A stretch of 63,692 nt of DNA, filler included, from Nemertoderma westbladi (taxonomy: Eukaryota > Animalia > Xenacoelomorpha): assembly GCA_032718475.1 (NCBI GenBank). It is 4 parts of 4 records of this genome, joined end to end, with 100 filler letters (N's around TTAATTAATTAA, not from the genome) between each part and the next. Parts side by side here need not be neighbours in the genome. Positions count along the whole stretch, not along the records: positions 42,789 to 54,335 come from JAUCBJ010003861.1; positions 54,436 to 63,692 come from JAUCBJ010005991.1; 2 more parts are not named here. One strand, 5' to 3'. Both the position numbers and the translations under genes were made by a program. The notes under the pieces were generated by a model that made no database searches, had not been told where the DNA came from, and saw only the letters and a program-made list of their open reading frames with translations. Below, piece by piece: positions 47,316 to 63,692 of the stretch (within the stretch, counting starts at the first letter, position 1; every line of letters starts with the position of its first letter).

Positions 47316-47489
47316 GTATATAATATCGCATATATAGTAAGTAGTGGTATATAATATCGCATATAGTAACTAGTGGTATAATATCGCCAGGCCCGTATGG
47401 TGATCATAACATCTGGGGGGGGGGGGGGGGGGGGGGCAAACCCATAACTGGGATTTGGGGAGCATACAACAAAGTGCGAGTTAATTTAA

Positions 47490-50400
47490 TAATAATAATA
47501 ATAATAATAATTCAATATTTATAAAGCACTTATTTAAAAAATAAGTAATTATTCTAAGCGCTGAGCACTCTCCTTAAGTAAAAAGTAAAATACATGTCGT
47601 TTAAAAGACCCGTAGTTATTTTTGGGCCAGGAGTACTGTACTGTAAAATAATTAAATAAAATAATGTTATACGATACATGAGTTCGAATAAAACAGTTTT
47701 TAGTTGAATGCACGATTATAGAGGTGAGTTTCGAGTAACCGTTTAAATTTTGTCGAGGTTGACTGAGTCGGATATCGCGTGGTAGTTTGTTCCAAAGTGC
47801 CGGCGCGGAGACAGCGAACGCACGTCCACCGAGGGTTGAGTGTTTATGTGGTGGAACACGTAGGACCAATGAGTTTGAAGATCGGCTGTTGTGTGGGTTA
47901 CTATAGAGATTGAGAAGGTCGATTAGGTACTACTACTAGGATCGGCATGCTGCATTGCAGCTGCATTTTTAAGAATGCTGTGCCGGCTTGTCAACAAAAT
48001 TGCACCGCCACAACTCCCTATCAACCATGACATTTGTCATCCGCATCTTTAAGGCCAGTGTCCTTTAAGATGCGTCTCAAGAAAGTCATGGGCTGTCCAC
48101 CATGCTTATTCACTCCATGAGGCTGCCAAAGTACAAGATTATGCACTGGCTGGTCCTCACGGCGTAAGCAATGTCCTGCAAAGCGGAGGCGATTTTGTTC
48201 TAGTGTCAAGCTTGGGGGAACCAATGAGACACCTCCAATGTTATATAGTGCCTGGTTGGAGATGTGTGCATTGTACTTGACACAATGAACCCGGCGTAGC
48301 ATTCTTGTGAATGTGCCATCCAGAGATTTGGTGTCCTCAGCAGTTAGATCCCAGCATGGACTCCCGTAGAGGAGTACTGGGACTACTGCTGCTCTAAATA
48401 ATCGGACCTTAAGTTTCCGATTAATTCGCGGTGACCTCCAAATCCTGGAAAGCCTATTCAAGGCTGCCCATGCCTTTCCCTTACGTATTCGAAGGTTCTC
48501 ACCTGACTTCCGGATCCATGATCCCAGGTAACAGAAGTTGTCCACATGCTCAAGCATACCATCCTTTGAGCTTATGCTCATCCGATCAGAGACTTGCTGA
48601 GGACTTTCAAAGTTTACTGTCAGAATTTTGGTCTTTCTGGAGTTAATAAAAAGACCAACACTAGAAGCAGCATGTTCTAATGAGCTGAGGAGCCGTTGAG
48701 CTCCCTCTAATGATTCTGAGAGTACTCCTAAGTCATCAGCAAAGTCTAGATAAGTTAGGTACTTGGCAGGATTTCCTCGACTTCTGGAGCCAGTAGGTGG
48801 AGTTATCATCACCCCATCATCATTATAATGATCTAAGGACATGCGTAGAACATAGTCAACCACAATAATGAACAAGAATGGTGCAAGTGTGTCTCCTTGG
48901 AGGACGCCCCATAACACTTCAAATGGTTCTGTGTCACCATCAACAGTAGACACAAATGTTGTCGAACCATCGTATACTGATCTGATTGCTGCAATAATTT
49001 CATCAGGAATCCCATATAATGAAAGTATGCTGAACATACGTGAGCGAGAGACTGAATCAAAGGCCTTGAAGAAGTCAACAAAGATAACAGCCAGATGCCT
49101 GTCTTTCTTTTTTGATAACTCTTCAATTATCCTTCTAAGTGCCAAAATGGGCTCCATGGTCCCACGACCTTTACGGAACCCATTCTGATTTCCACGGAGC
49201 AGTCTCTCAATGGGATCCCTGATGCGATTTAATAGAATCCTATTGTATAGCTTTGCAGCAATCGAGATCAATGAGATTCCCCGAAAAGAACCATAGAGTG
49301 TTAGGTTGCCCTTCTTGGGAACTGGCACCAACTTATTTGTTTTCATTTATTGTGGGCTGGACAGATGTTGTTGAGGCATTTGAATGTCAATAAACATATT
49401 TTAAATTCGATACGGGAGCGGATGGGTAGCCAATGAAGGGATTGCAATATTGGTGTGATGTGATCATAGCGAGATCCATGCACGACCAATCTGGCGGCTG
49501 TATTTTGTATTCGTTGAAGTTTTTTGATTTTGGTGTCTGGAAGGCCATAGAGAAGGGCGTTGCAATAATCGAGTTTACTGGAAATGAATGCATGAATAAG
49601 GGATTCGGTGCTTTTTCGAGAGAGAAATGGTCGGATCCTATGTATGTTACGGAGATGGTAGAAGGCACTGCTAGTTGTGGTGGAAATAAAAGATTGCATT
49701 GACATATGATCATCAAAAATTGCACCAAGGTTACGAACCTTCGCAGAGGACTCGATTACATGATCGCCGACAATGATTGAGGTGCTGCTAACTTTGGCTA
49801 GTTGCTGCGGTGTACCAATTATCATGAGTTCGGTCTTGTCATCATTTATCTTTAGCCAGTTTTCGAAGAACCACTGTCTAAGTTTTTTGATGCAGTTTTC
49901 CATAGAGCGGATGGCTGAATCTTCGGATGTGAGACAATCTGGCTTAAATGAAAGGTATAATTGTACATCGTCAGCATACCCTTGAGCCTCAGGTAGATGA
50001 CGCTGTATGATGATGTAGATTTGGGCAATGTAGATGATGAAGAAGATACAGCCGAGACATAATCCCTGAGGTAATCCGTGGAGCACACAGAAGGTCCGGG
50101 AGTAACATCCTTGTACTTTTACTCGCTGTCGCCTGTTACCTATGTATGATTTAAACCAATCATGCGCGACATTGGTTATGTTCACCTTTGTACGAAGGGT
50201 TTCAAGTAGGAGTTCCCTATCCACAGTATCAAAGGCTGCGTTGAGGTCGATGAAGACGAGGAGGGTGACCTTTTGGTTGTCCATGGCGGACAGGATGTCA
50301 GAGTGAACACGTACTAATGTGGTCTCGGTACTATGATGAGGCCGATATGATGATATATTTGTAGGCAACATTTCCAATACGTGTGTCATGATTTGGGGAA

Positions 50401-50720
50401 GCACGATTCTCTCGGTCGTCTTAGACAGAAAGGTTGACCCGCTTACCGGCCGATAATTGTTGAAGATAATCGAGTTTAACTTCAGTTTCTTTATAAGGGG
50501 AGAGATTATCACCTCGGACCAAAAGTCTGGAAAATATCCGGTAGTGATTGACTTATTAATTATCTCTGTGATGACAGGCAATAGTTGATCGATGGCCTTT
50601 TTGACAAGGTAAGTTGGTACTGGGTCGTTGTCGCACTGTTTATTTGCTGACTTTAATATTAGTTTTTTGACTTCGGGTTGTGATACTGGTCGAAATTGGG
50701 AGAAAGGGTCAATAGTTTGT
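47490..50720 (-). mobile_element. L2/CR1-group LINE, 5'-truncated and interrupted by a LINE-A copy
   Basis: RT ORF 49355-50581 (NYRPVS, HSTET, DLNAAFDTVD, GLPQG, YADD, LHWLP) resumes as YLIDLL...GGRAFAVSAPALWNKLP at 47929; (ATT)n tail about 47490-47512. Confidence 0.85.
47930..49354 (-). mobile_element. 5'-truncated LINE-A copy (RT ORF 48021-49346)
   Basis: Highly similar to 37670-39098, same 3' end GCATGCCGATCC(TAG)n. Confidence 0.92.
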
Positions 50721-50796
50721 TTATAGTTAATATATCTATAGCTAATTATAGTTATAGCTAATTTAGTACATAAAGTATAATCAATATTGTTGAAAG

Positions 50797-51878
50797 GTGT
50801 GTGGGGCGAGCCACGAAGTTGGCGGAGCCTTGGCGAATTGACACTGTTAAGGAGAATGTCAATAATGGCAAATAGTTGTTGACGTAACTATTTTGACATT
50901 AAATAACTTTGTCAGATTGAAAGCTGTCGAATTGAAATTTTGTAGGCATAAATATGTCCAAAACTTGACATTATTTAGCGACTTTTGACCCAACAGTTCG
51001 ACAGTCTTCCCGCTAGATGGCTAAATGTCTAAACATGAAATGTCCTCCCATTTCTGTGCTTAATCTGTTTTAGCTGAAACTTGGCAGAATTGTACTCGAC
51101 CATTAGCTGTGATATTTAAACTTTTTCTGTGGTCTTAACCCTTTTGTACCCCTTCGTTTCTCAAACAGATGATTCCTTTGAGGTCAAATTTGACCTCAGG
51201 TAAATGAGAGGGTTGGGGTGGTCCGAAAAAACTTTTTGTCGAATTTAAACTCAGTTCGTACATCAGATGTCATCAAATGAGCCCAAACTTCGATAGATAC
51301 CAAAATTTTTATTTGGAGATGACAGGAAATATTCCCAAATGCACATGGCCAGTTCCCGCCCTTGGCGCAAGTGAGTCATATTCCCCATTTTTGTGATGAT
51401 CAACTTATATTATTCCTACTGCATTGATATTTATGCTAAATAGAACCGCAATGACTTATTTAGTTGGTGTAGACTCCTTCAATACAAGCATAGAGCGAAT
51501 AATTTTTGAGATATTGCAGATAATGTGAAGTCCGGCACAAGTCAAAATTTGCGCCTTGATGCGATATTGACAAATACCTTTGCCTTTACATTTTTGTTTT
51601 TGTAATTGAGAAGTACTATATATAAAATAATAAATGTCACAAAATTTCGAGATAAAATATCAATGTGTGATAAAATTGTGTAAGTTTAAATCTTCGATGG
51701 GTCAAAAATCACCTCAAGAGAGCACAAGGGTTAAATCGACTGAAGTTTTCAAGCCTGCCTCTAGGCTGATGTAAAGTGATCAAGGGCATATGCTTAGATT
51801 TTGCATATTTTTCTTTCAAGATTACACTTTCATAAGTTTATAACACATGCTGCGCGAAGGACCCACTTCAGCGGTATA
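50797..51878 (-). mobile_element. HINE-like dispersed repeat (reverse orientation)
   Basis: Reverse complement shows GTGGGTCCTTCGCGCAGCA and CGCCAAGGCTCCGCCAACTTCGTGGCTCGCCCCACA ends. Confidence 0.55.
51139..51730. mobile_element. Non-autonomous piggyBac-like element
   Basis: TTAA-CCCTT...AAGGG-TTAA; subterminal palindrome GAGGTCAAATTTGACCTC with a related motif at the other end. Confidence 0.65.
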
Positions 51879-53598
51879 ATATGGTTAAGGTTAAGTCTGT
51901 AAGTTACAACAAATTATAGCTATGGATACCAGCGCAAGCAACCCTCAGCGCCAAGCCTTTTAGCTGCAAGCTGGCTCCCAAACTACAAGCAAATAGACAA
52001 TGGGTCAACAACAAACAACCCCTCCACCCTGGTAGCCAATGAGAGCACCTAGAGCTTTTGAGTATTTTTAGTAATTACAGGTTGGTAGGTATATTAATGT
52101 CATGTAGTTATAGAATTGGACCAAATGGAATGGTGGGGAATCCGGTCAGGTCAGTGGGCAAGAGTATGTGAATCCAATAATATTGATTACCAACAATATT
52201 ATTATTAATTAATTGTGAACAAGACGAGTGAACAATACATTTCTGGGGGGCAGTGGGACTTCTCTGGGGGGCAGTGCCCCCAAAGCCCCCCCCCCCCCCC
52301 GCACGATACGGGCCTGAATATCGCATACAGTATATAGTAAGTAGTGGAATAATATCGCATATATAGTAAGTAGTGGAATAATATTGGGATCCCTGAGTTG
52401 GCGAGGGAATCCCGACCGGGTTTTGACTTGGTTCAATACGCGTCGCCGCGTCCGCTTACTGTGGCTGGGGAACTGAAAGGCCAAAGGCCGGTATAATAAC
52501 AGAATTCTGATGTTAATGTTGTTAATCTCTGATAAGTATACACGTACCGGTAGTATAGCACAATCAGTAACACAATGACAGCAGACAACGACGACGGTTG
52601 AAAACCGTTCGACTTCTGCTCACCCAATATACCAACTAAAGTACAATTGACAGAGTAATGGGTATATATTACATGGGACACATTAACTACCTAGGTCTAG
52701 CCAACCAGTGGACGCGCTGTAATTGGACACATGCTGTCCCTCCATTGGTCGATCTACCCCTTTGTTCCTATGCTAGCTTCTTCCCTGAGATGAGCTGTGC
52801 GCTGGCATCTTTCCCTGTGGTTGGCAATGTATATTGCCTCCTTTGGTTGTTAGGTGACATTATATTGGTAATGTCACCTAATCAACTATAATTGGTAAAA
52901 AGCCACTTTCCCCATTTTCCGCTGGGTAGTGCAGCAAATTGGATCCGCTCACACTACCCCCCCATGCTATCTTCCCGGTGAGAAGATAGCATCAACCTAA
53001 AGTGCGCTCCAATTCCGCTTGAATCCAATCTAGTATTGGATGTGGGGTGGTATGTTTTTCTTCGGACCAGTTTTCCAGACTAGTACCAATGGGATTGTTC
53101 TCACTACCCATCCTTGGTACATCTTTGAGCTAAGCTGTACCAAGTCATCTGGCATCTCTGTTTAGACGATCGCCCTTTCTCCCTGCACACCATCGTCCAA
53201 CCAACCTCCTCACCTCCTCCTCACCTCACTAGTCCCATAGGACTCATCCTCCCCTCTGCTCGCTCCCCCACACTTGGATCACACACCTCTTTACTTTTCC
53301 TCCAAACTCCAGCACCACCTCTCGATGCTCCTCTCATACTCAACCCCTTTTACTCTCACTCTACACGCCTGTTAGCCCACACAACCCAAGGTCCCATCAA
53401 GTGTCCCTCCTACTCATACCCCCGGTAGCACCCGTCTGGACGATTCTTATCCCGCAGGATATGAGCTCTCACAATAAATCCTAAACTCCCTGTTTTTCAA
53501 TGACCGCACAATCTGGGTTGGCCTACCCCTCTACTCTTCCTCCTATGTGTTTCCCTAATACGTCCGTTAACCCTCAACCATGACTCTAGCTAGACTCT

Positions 53599-53795
53599 AT
53601 ATGGTCCCGTTGACCCAGCATTATTACGTATGTATGGTCCCATTGACCCAGTGTTAGTGCGTATGTATGGTCCCATTGACCCGGCATTAGTGTGTACGTA
53701 TGGTCCCTTTGACCCGGCATTAGTGCATATGTATGGTCCCATTGACCCGGCATTAGTATGTACATATGGTCCCATTGACCCGGCGTTAGTGCGTA
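53599..53795. repeat. 33-bp tandem repeat, about 6 copies
   Basis: Unit TATGGTCCCATTGACCCGGCATTAGTGCGTATG with variants. Confidence 0.9.
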
Positions 53796-54238
53796 AATTA
53801 TGTTTGTTGGTACGTTTGTACCATACGTTAGTACATGTGTACTACGCATGTATTGTACATTTTTGTACCCATCAGACGTACGTAATTGTAACTAGCTACT
53901 CCTAAATATTATTTTTATTTTATTTTATTTTTGTGGGAAGGGTGTGTCGCCCTCATTCCCACCCCCCTCAGTCCATTTTATTGGACGACTCATCAACCTA
54001 AGGGCGATTCTTCCAGCAGGCCACTCTCCCACTGCCCCCCTCTATAGGTCCTCTTATTCTTCGCCCCGACTCTCCTTGTCAATTCCAAATCTCTTGGATC
54101 TGACCTTCCCTTCTCCTCCACCCTAAGATCGGATCTTTCCATCACCCCACAGAACTCCTCATCGTCCCCTGGTGGCAAAATGCCCCCCTTCATCTTGTCG
54201 TCACTTGGCGGTAGAATGCCGCCCTTCATCTCATCCTC

Positions 54239-54335
54239 ACTACTACTAGGATCGGCATGCTGCATTGCAGCTGCATTTTTAAGAATGCTGTGCCGGCTTG
54301 TCAACAAAATTGCACCGCCACAACTCCCTATCACC
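54239..54335 (-). mobile_element. 3' end of a third LINE-A copy, running into the gap
   Basis: Matches 47930-48023 including the (TAG)n tail. Confidence 0.9.
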
Positions 54336-54435
54336 NNNNNNNNNNNNNNNNNNNNNNNNNNNNNNNNNNNNNNNNNNNNTTAATTAATTAANNNNNNNNN
54401 NNNNNNNNNNNNNNNNNNNNNNNNNNNNNNNNNNN
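54336..54435. other. Assembly spacer (44N-TTAATTAATTAA-44N)
   Basis: Same construct as 23528-23627. Confidence 0.97.
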
Positions 54436-54839
54436 ATAGGCAGGCAGTTCAGAGCAGTAAGCAGTACTGTCAATGACCTTGACTAATGCTGTAATGTGTA
54501 GCTGTACGACGTAAGTAAGTATGCAATGATCGCAATGATGCAGTGCATGCTGCATGATCGCCCTTTCTGGAAACCTTAATGGTCATATAGGGTATAACAG
54601 TATAAGGTTATTTTCCTTCATATAGCTGTATGTTTCATTGACAACGTTTTGTTTCATAACTTTGCAGACCACTGATGTTAGACTGATAGATCTTTTTTAG
54701 ATCTTTGCATAGATAGTGCTTTTATTAAGTGTTTTATGCGCGTGCGCGATGTCCTTTATTTTTTGAGGGGGATGATCTATTGATCAGGCAGTCGGACGGT
54801 TAGTAAGAAGGTGGGCAGGTGGGTGTAAACAAGCCGCCG

Positions 54840-55035
54840 CGGTAACATATTCTCCTTTCCCTCAATTGGTAGGTAACAAAATCGTTTATTGTTTTGGTTA
54901 GAAAACCCTGTCTTGGTAACCTTCTCCTTTCCCTCAATTTGTAGGTAACAACGTCGTTTACGGTTTTGGTTAGAAATTACAGCCGCTGTAACCTGCTCTT
55001 TTCCTTCAATTGGAAGGTAACAACAGCGTTTGGCG
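54840..55035. repeat. Three roughly 70-80-bp units of a dispersed repeat family
   Basis: TAACC(TG/TT)CTCCTTTCCCTCAATT module, also seen near 11050-11135, 13235, 21495-21600, 28260-28345, 41190-41270 and 42320. Confidence 0.6.
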
Positions 55036-55695
55036 TTGATTAATTCCCACATTCCCATTCACCTTCCCATATTCTTTCATCATCTGGGTATAAACTCCAC
55101 TGTATCAGCTGGCAATATGGGGCATGTTAAGTCATATACACACTACACAGTAGGCCTAGAGAGATACCCCTTCCTGCCTTCCCTTTAGCTGTTTAGCGTA
55201 ATATAATATAACAAACATACAATAAATATTTTAAATGTAATATATTAATAAGTATCATTACCGTACTTAATTAATAATATTAATTATAATTAATATAATT
55301 AACTTTAACATTTAATAATGATAACTATTAACAAGAAAGATTTACGAAAAAAATATGTTTTTAATAAAAGTTTAATGTTTCAACACCAACTAAATCTTCG
55401 AAAGTTGTTTACATCTGAAACTATCCATCTTTTCTGGGACAATCACACAACTTTCATACCCGCCATCCTTCATCCTATCGCTTTTTTAATATATAATAAC
55501 ATGCCTTTGTGCATTAGATGCATACCGGTATGCCTGTACTGCTCTGGTACTTCATATGATGATAATACGTAACAGGCAACCTGAAACGTGATCCCCTTTT
55601 CAGCTATTGGCTATTTACCTAACAGCCAGTTAGGTAAATATTATATCTCTTTCTCCTGATTGGTTATAGAATCAGATGCTGTCAGATCAGATCAG

Positions 55696-56562
55696 TAGTG
55701 TTAGACCGGAGCTCCGGCTCCGGTCCGGATCCGGCCCGGAAAATGGTGCTCCGGTTCCGGTCCGGCTCCGGCTAAAATATGACCGGAGGACCGGAGCTCC
55801 AGTATAAAACTGTAAAATACAGACAGAGACACACAATGCACGGATGTACAATGCACAATCAGTTGTCCACAGTCACAGTCATCTAGTCTAGTCCATCATA
55901 GTAAAGCTACACTGCCTACTGCTGTACTGGCCCACCAGGTGCAAAGGCTGAGGCTACAAAGACAGGCCAGTCCACTGTCAGTACACTAGTACCTACAGTA
56001 CTGTACTACCTACTCACTCTCTGACTCTGTCTTGCCTGTCGCTGTCACTAGCCTAGTACAGTAGTATTAGTACTAGTACCTATACCTCCTGCTGTCCTGA
56101 CCTCTACCTGTCTACATCTACAGATCTACTGGCAGACTGAGTTGATGCTATCAACCATTCTTCTATTGCATCTTTGATCTGTTGTTTTGTTAGATTTACT
56201 GATTTAATATGTACGTACAGACGTAATAAAACAACCCGACTAGGTACCGTCAGACCGTAATGTACTGGTTTATGAGTATAAAGTATAAACAAAGTCAGAA
56301 AGTGGAGAAGTTGGCACACTAAATGTAGCTGTGTAGTCAGGTAGTGGACTAACTGCAACATGCCAGGTCGTATTATAGTACAGTCTGACAGTGCAGCGCA
56401 GCAGTGGTCCCGGTACCTTTAGGTCATACAGTCATACCAGGCCTCAATATATATTTTTTAATTTTACTTACCCGGTCCGGCTCCGGTTCCGGCTCCGGTA
56501 CTTTTGGAATTTACCCGGTCCGGTTCCGGCTCCGGCAAAAATCTGGCTCCGGTCTAACGCTA
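55696..56562. mobile_element. hAT-like MITE with (CCGG(C/T)T)n subterminal repeats
   Basis: TIR TAG(T/C)GTTAGACCGGAGC; flanking duplication AGATCAG (7 bp). Confidence 0.75.
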
Positions 56563-56680
56563 AGATCAGATAAGGACAGACGTTTTATTCTACCTCGAAC
56601 GCGTGTGGCGCGCTTTTTGTCAGTATTCCATATAGCTGTATAGGGCCAGTTCCAGTGGTAGGCATACTGATGTACAACTA

Positions 56681-57118
56681 CCGTAATTCGGGGTGTGGGG
56701 TGACTTGATACAGTGATACAGTTTTTGCCTATAACTGTGAATATCTTCTGATATTTTTATCCTACACAGACAGACAGATGGAACAAAAATAAAATTTTAT
56801 AGTCGGAATGAGTAGGCCTACTACACCCTCCTACACCAACACCACTAGACTGAAGCACTAGGCCTACATTTTGACATTGAAAAAGAGTGAATTTTTGAAA
56901 AATGTATTTTTGGCTCTAGGGATCACAAATGCGAAGCAATGACACAATTTATTTATTATACTATTTGAGTTAACAGACAATTTATTCAGACATCTTCTAA
57001 TATTTCAATTTTTATCATAACATCATGCAATCACCCACAATCCATTAAAGACAAAAAGTATAATTTGCTGTATCAAGTCACCTCAATGTCAGAATGTATC
57101 AAGTCACCCCGAATACTG
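56681..57118. mobile_element. pogo/Tigger-like MITE
   Basis: TIR C(C/A)GTA(A)TTCGGGGTGACTTGATACA; TA at the left flank. Confidence 0.6.
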
Positions 57119-57329
57119 CCAGACAGTCTGGACAGTCAGAATGTTAGTTGTAGAGCTGTAGGCTGTAGGCCTAGAGTAGCACAGTAGCATAGCAGGCTGG
57201 GTTTTACATTTTATAGGCCTACTATACTGCTATAGGTGTTTTATTTTGTAGCCTACCGGTACCGGTAAATGATAAAATATATGCTGGACTTCCAGCCTTA
57301 TATTATGGAGCAGTAGATTTAAATAAAGA

Positions 57330-57410
57330 TAAACAATAAAGATACTTTTAAAAAATACAAAAAAAACAAAAAATTCATAAAACTTATAAAAAAGACATAA
57401 CTTATTAAAA
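57330..57410 (+). promoter_or_regulatory. A-rich tract upstream of the PABP start codon, candidate autoregulatory sequence
   Basis: AAAAAATACAAAAAAAACAAAAAATTCATAAAACTTATAAAAAG about 270-310 nt upstream of the ATG; PABP mRNAs are known to carry A-rich 5'UTR elements. Confidence 0.5.
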
Positions 57411-57661
57411 CTGCGCTTCTCTCTCACTCGTATTTCGACACGTCGCGTTGTCATCTTTGTGTATCAATACTGTGATAGTGTTTCCATAACCAGATAACAC
57501 TCGTTCTGTCGTTTAACCTCTTAAAACTTGAATATTGACAGACAACGCATCAACGGAGATTTGGTACCTTTTAGCATTTCGATTTCGATTCGTTTTTTTC
57601 TCCTTTTCCCCACATTTCCGTATCCATTACTTGTATAACGTCATAATCGCGGCTTTTTATA

Positions 57662-63060
<5,399 letters not shown>

Positions 63061-63692
63061 GACGCTAATCCGATAGGGGAATTATCCCTAGGGCGTTTCA
63101 TTTTAATGTTCCTTTACTTAGTGATTTGTTTCAGTTTAATTGGAATTTAATTAATTTTTAGTTGTTTATTATTGGTGTTGGGTTCTATTTTTGTCTGCGA
63201 TGTCTTAGATGTGTATCTAAGACAGTTCGATGACCTGCTTACAGAGGAAAGTGTTACATTTTTTCACCGCGATTGTTACACTTTATTTTGTTTGTGTTTA
63301 AAAATTTACCCAGATTGTATCTGTCCATCCATTCTATCTACCGCAGCTAACTGGAAGTTTGCTTTAGATGTGCACTCTGTTTACTTGCTTCCATTAGTTT
63401 GTAGACTCAATATTATCATTTACTGTAACCGAAACGAAAGACAAGTAACGTTGGGAAGCGCAATCCAAAAAAATTTATAAAATATTTAAAAATATTATAA
63501 AAATGGAAAACTTTTAAAATATCAAAAAGTGGGTTATTTGGGTTTTCTAATTGTTTGTTTGCCGTTGAGGCAGCGGTAGTGCGCGTTACGTTGGGAATTT
63601 CAGTGTTAAGGTAGTTGGGAATTGTGGTGTTAACTTGGGAATGAGATTAATTATATTATATATAAAGCAACAACTTTTCGCTATAAATTTAG

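Noticed and set aside
53586-53905. Repeat-protein ORFs on both strands
   Set aside because: Explained by a 33-bp tandem repeat that lacks stops in several frames
53993-54334. 113-aa ORF
   Set aside because: Chance fusion of a LINE 3' end with flanking sequence, starting at a gap edge

Overview
AT-rich eukaryotic genomic DNA, very likely from an invertebrate animal, in four contigs joined by three artificial 100-nt spacers (44 N + TTAATTAATTAA + 44 N). Contig 1 carries four genes with single-exon CDSs: SLC35B1, LCLAT1, a C2H2 zinc-finger gene whose N-terminus resembles the phosphodiesterase (PDE10/PDE11) N-terminal helix, and a YccV/HspQ-domain gene. It also carries many DNA-transposon derivatives and an inverted pair of Penelope-type minimal hammerhead ribozyme motifs. 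Contig 2 carries a minus-strand RIMS-binding protein gene (11 coding exons assembled by hand; coiled coil, SH3, first FN3) that the ORF track misses and that is cut by a gap. Its largest intron holds three nested elements: a decayed LINE, a full-length RTE-like LINE and a HINE-like insertion. Contig 3 is mostly LINEs and MITEs. Contig 4 ends in a two-exon PABPC1 gene. All assignments come from reading the sequence and recalling family motifs; no searches were run.
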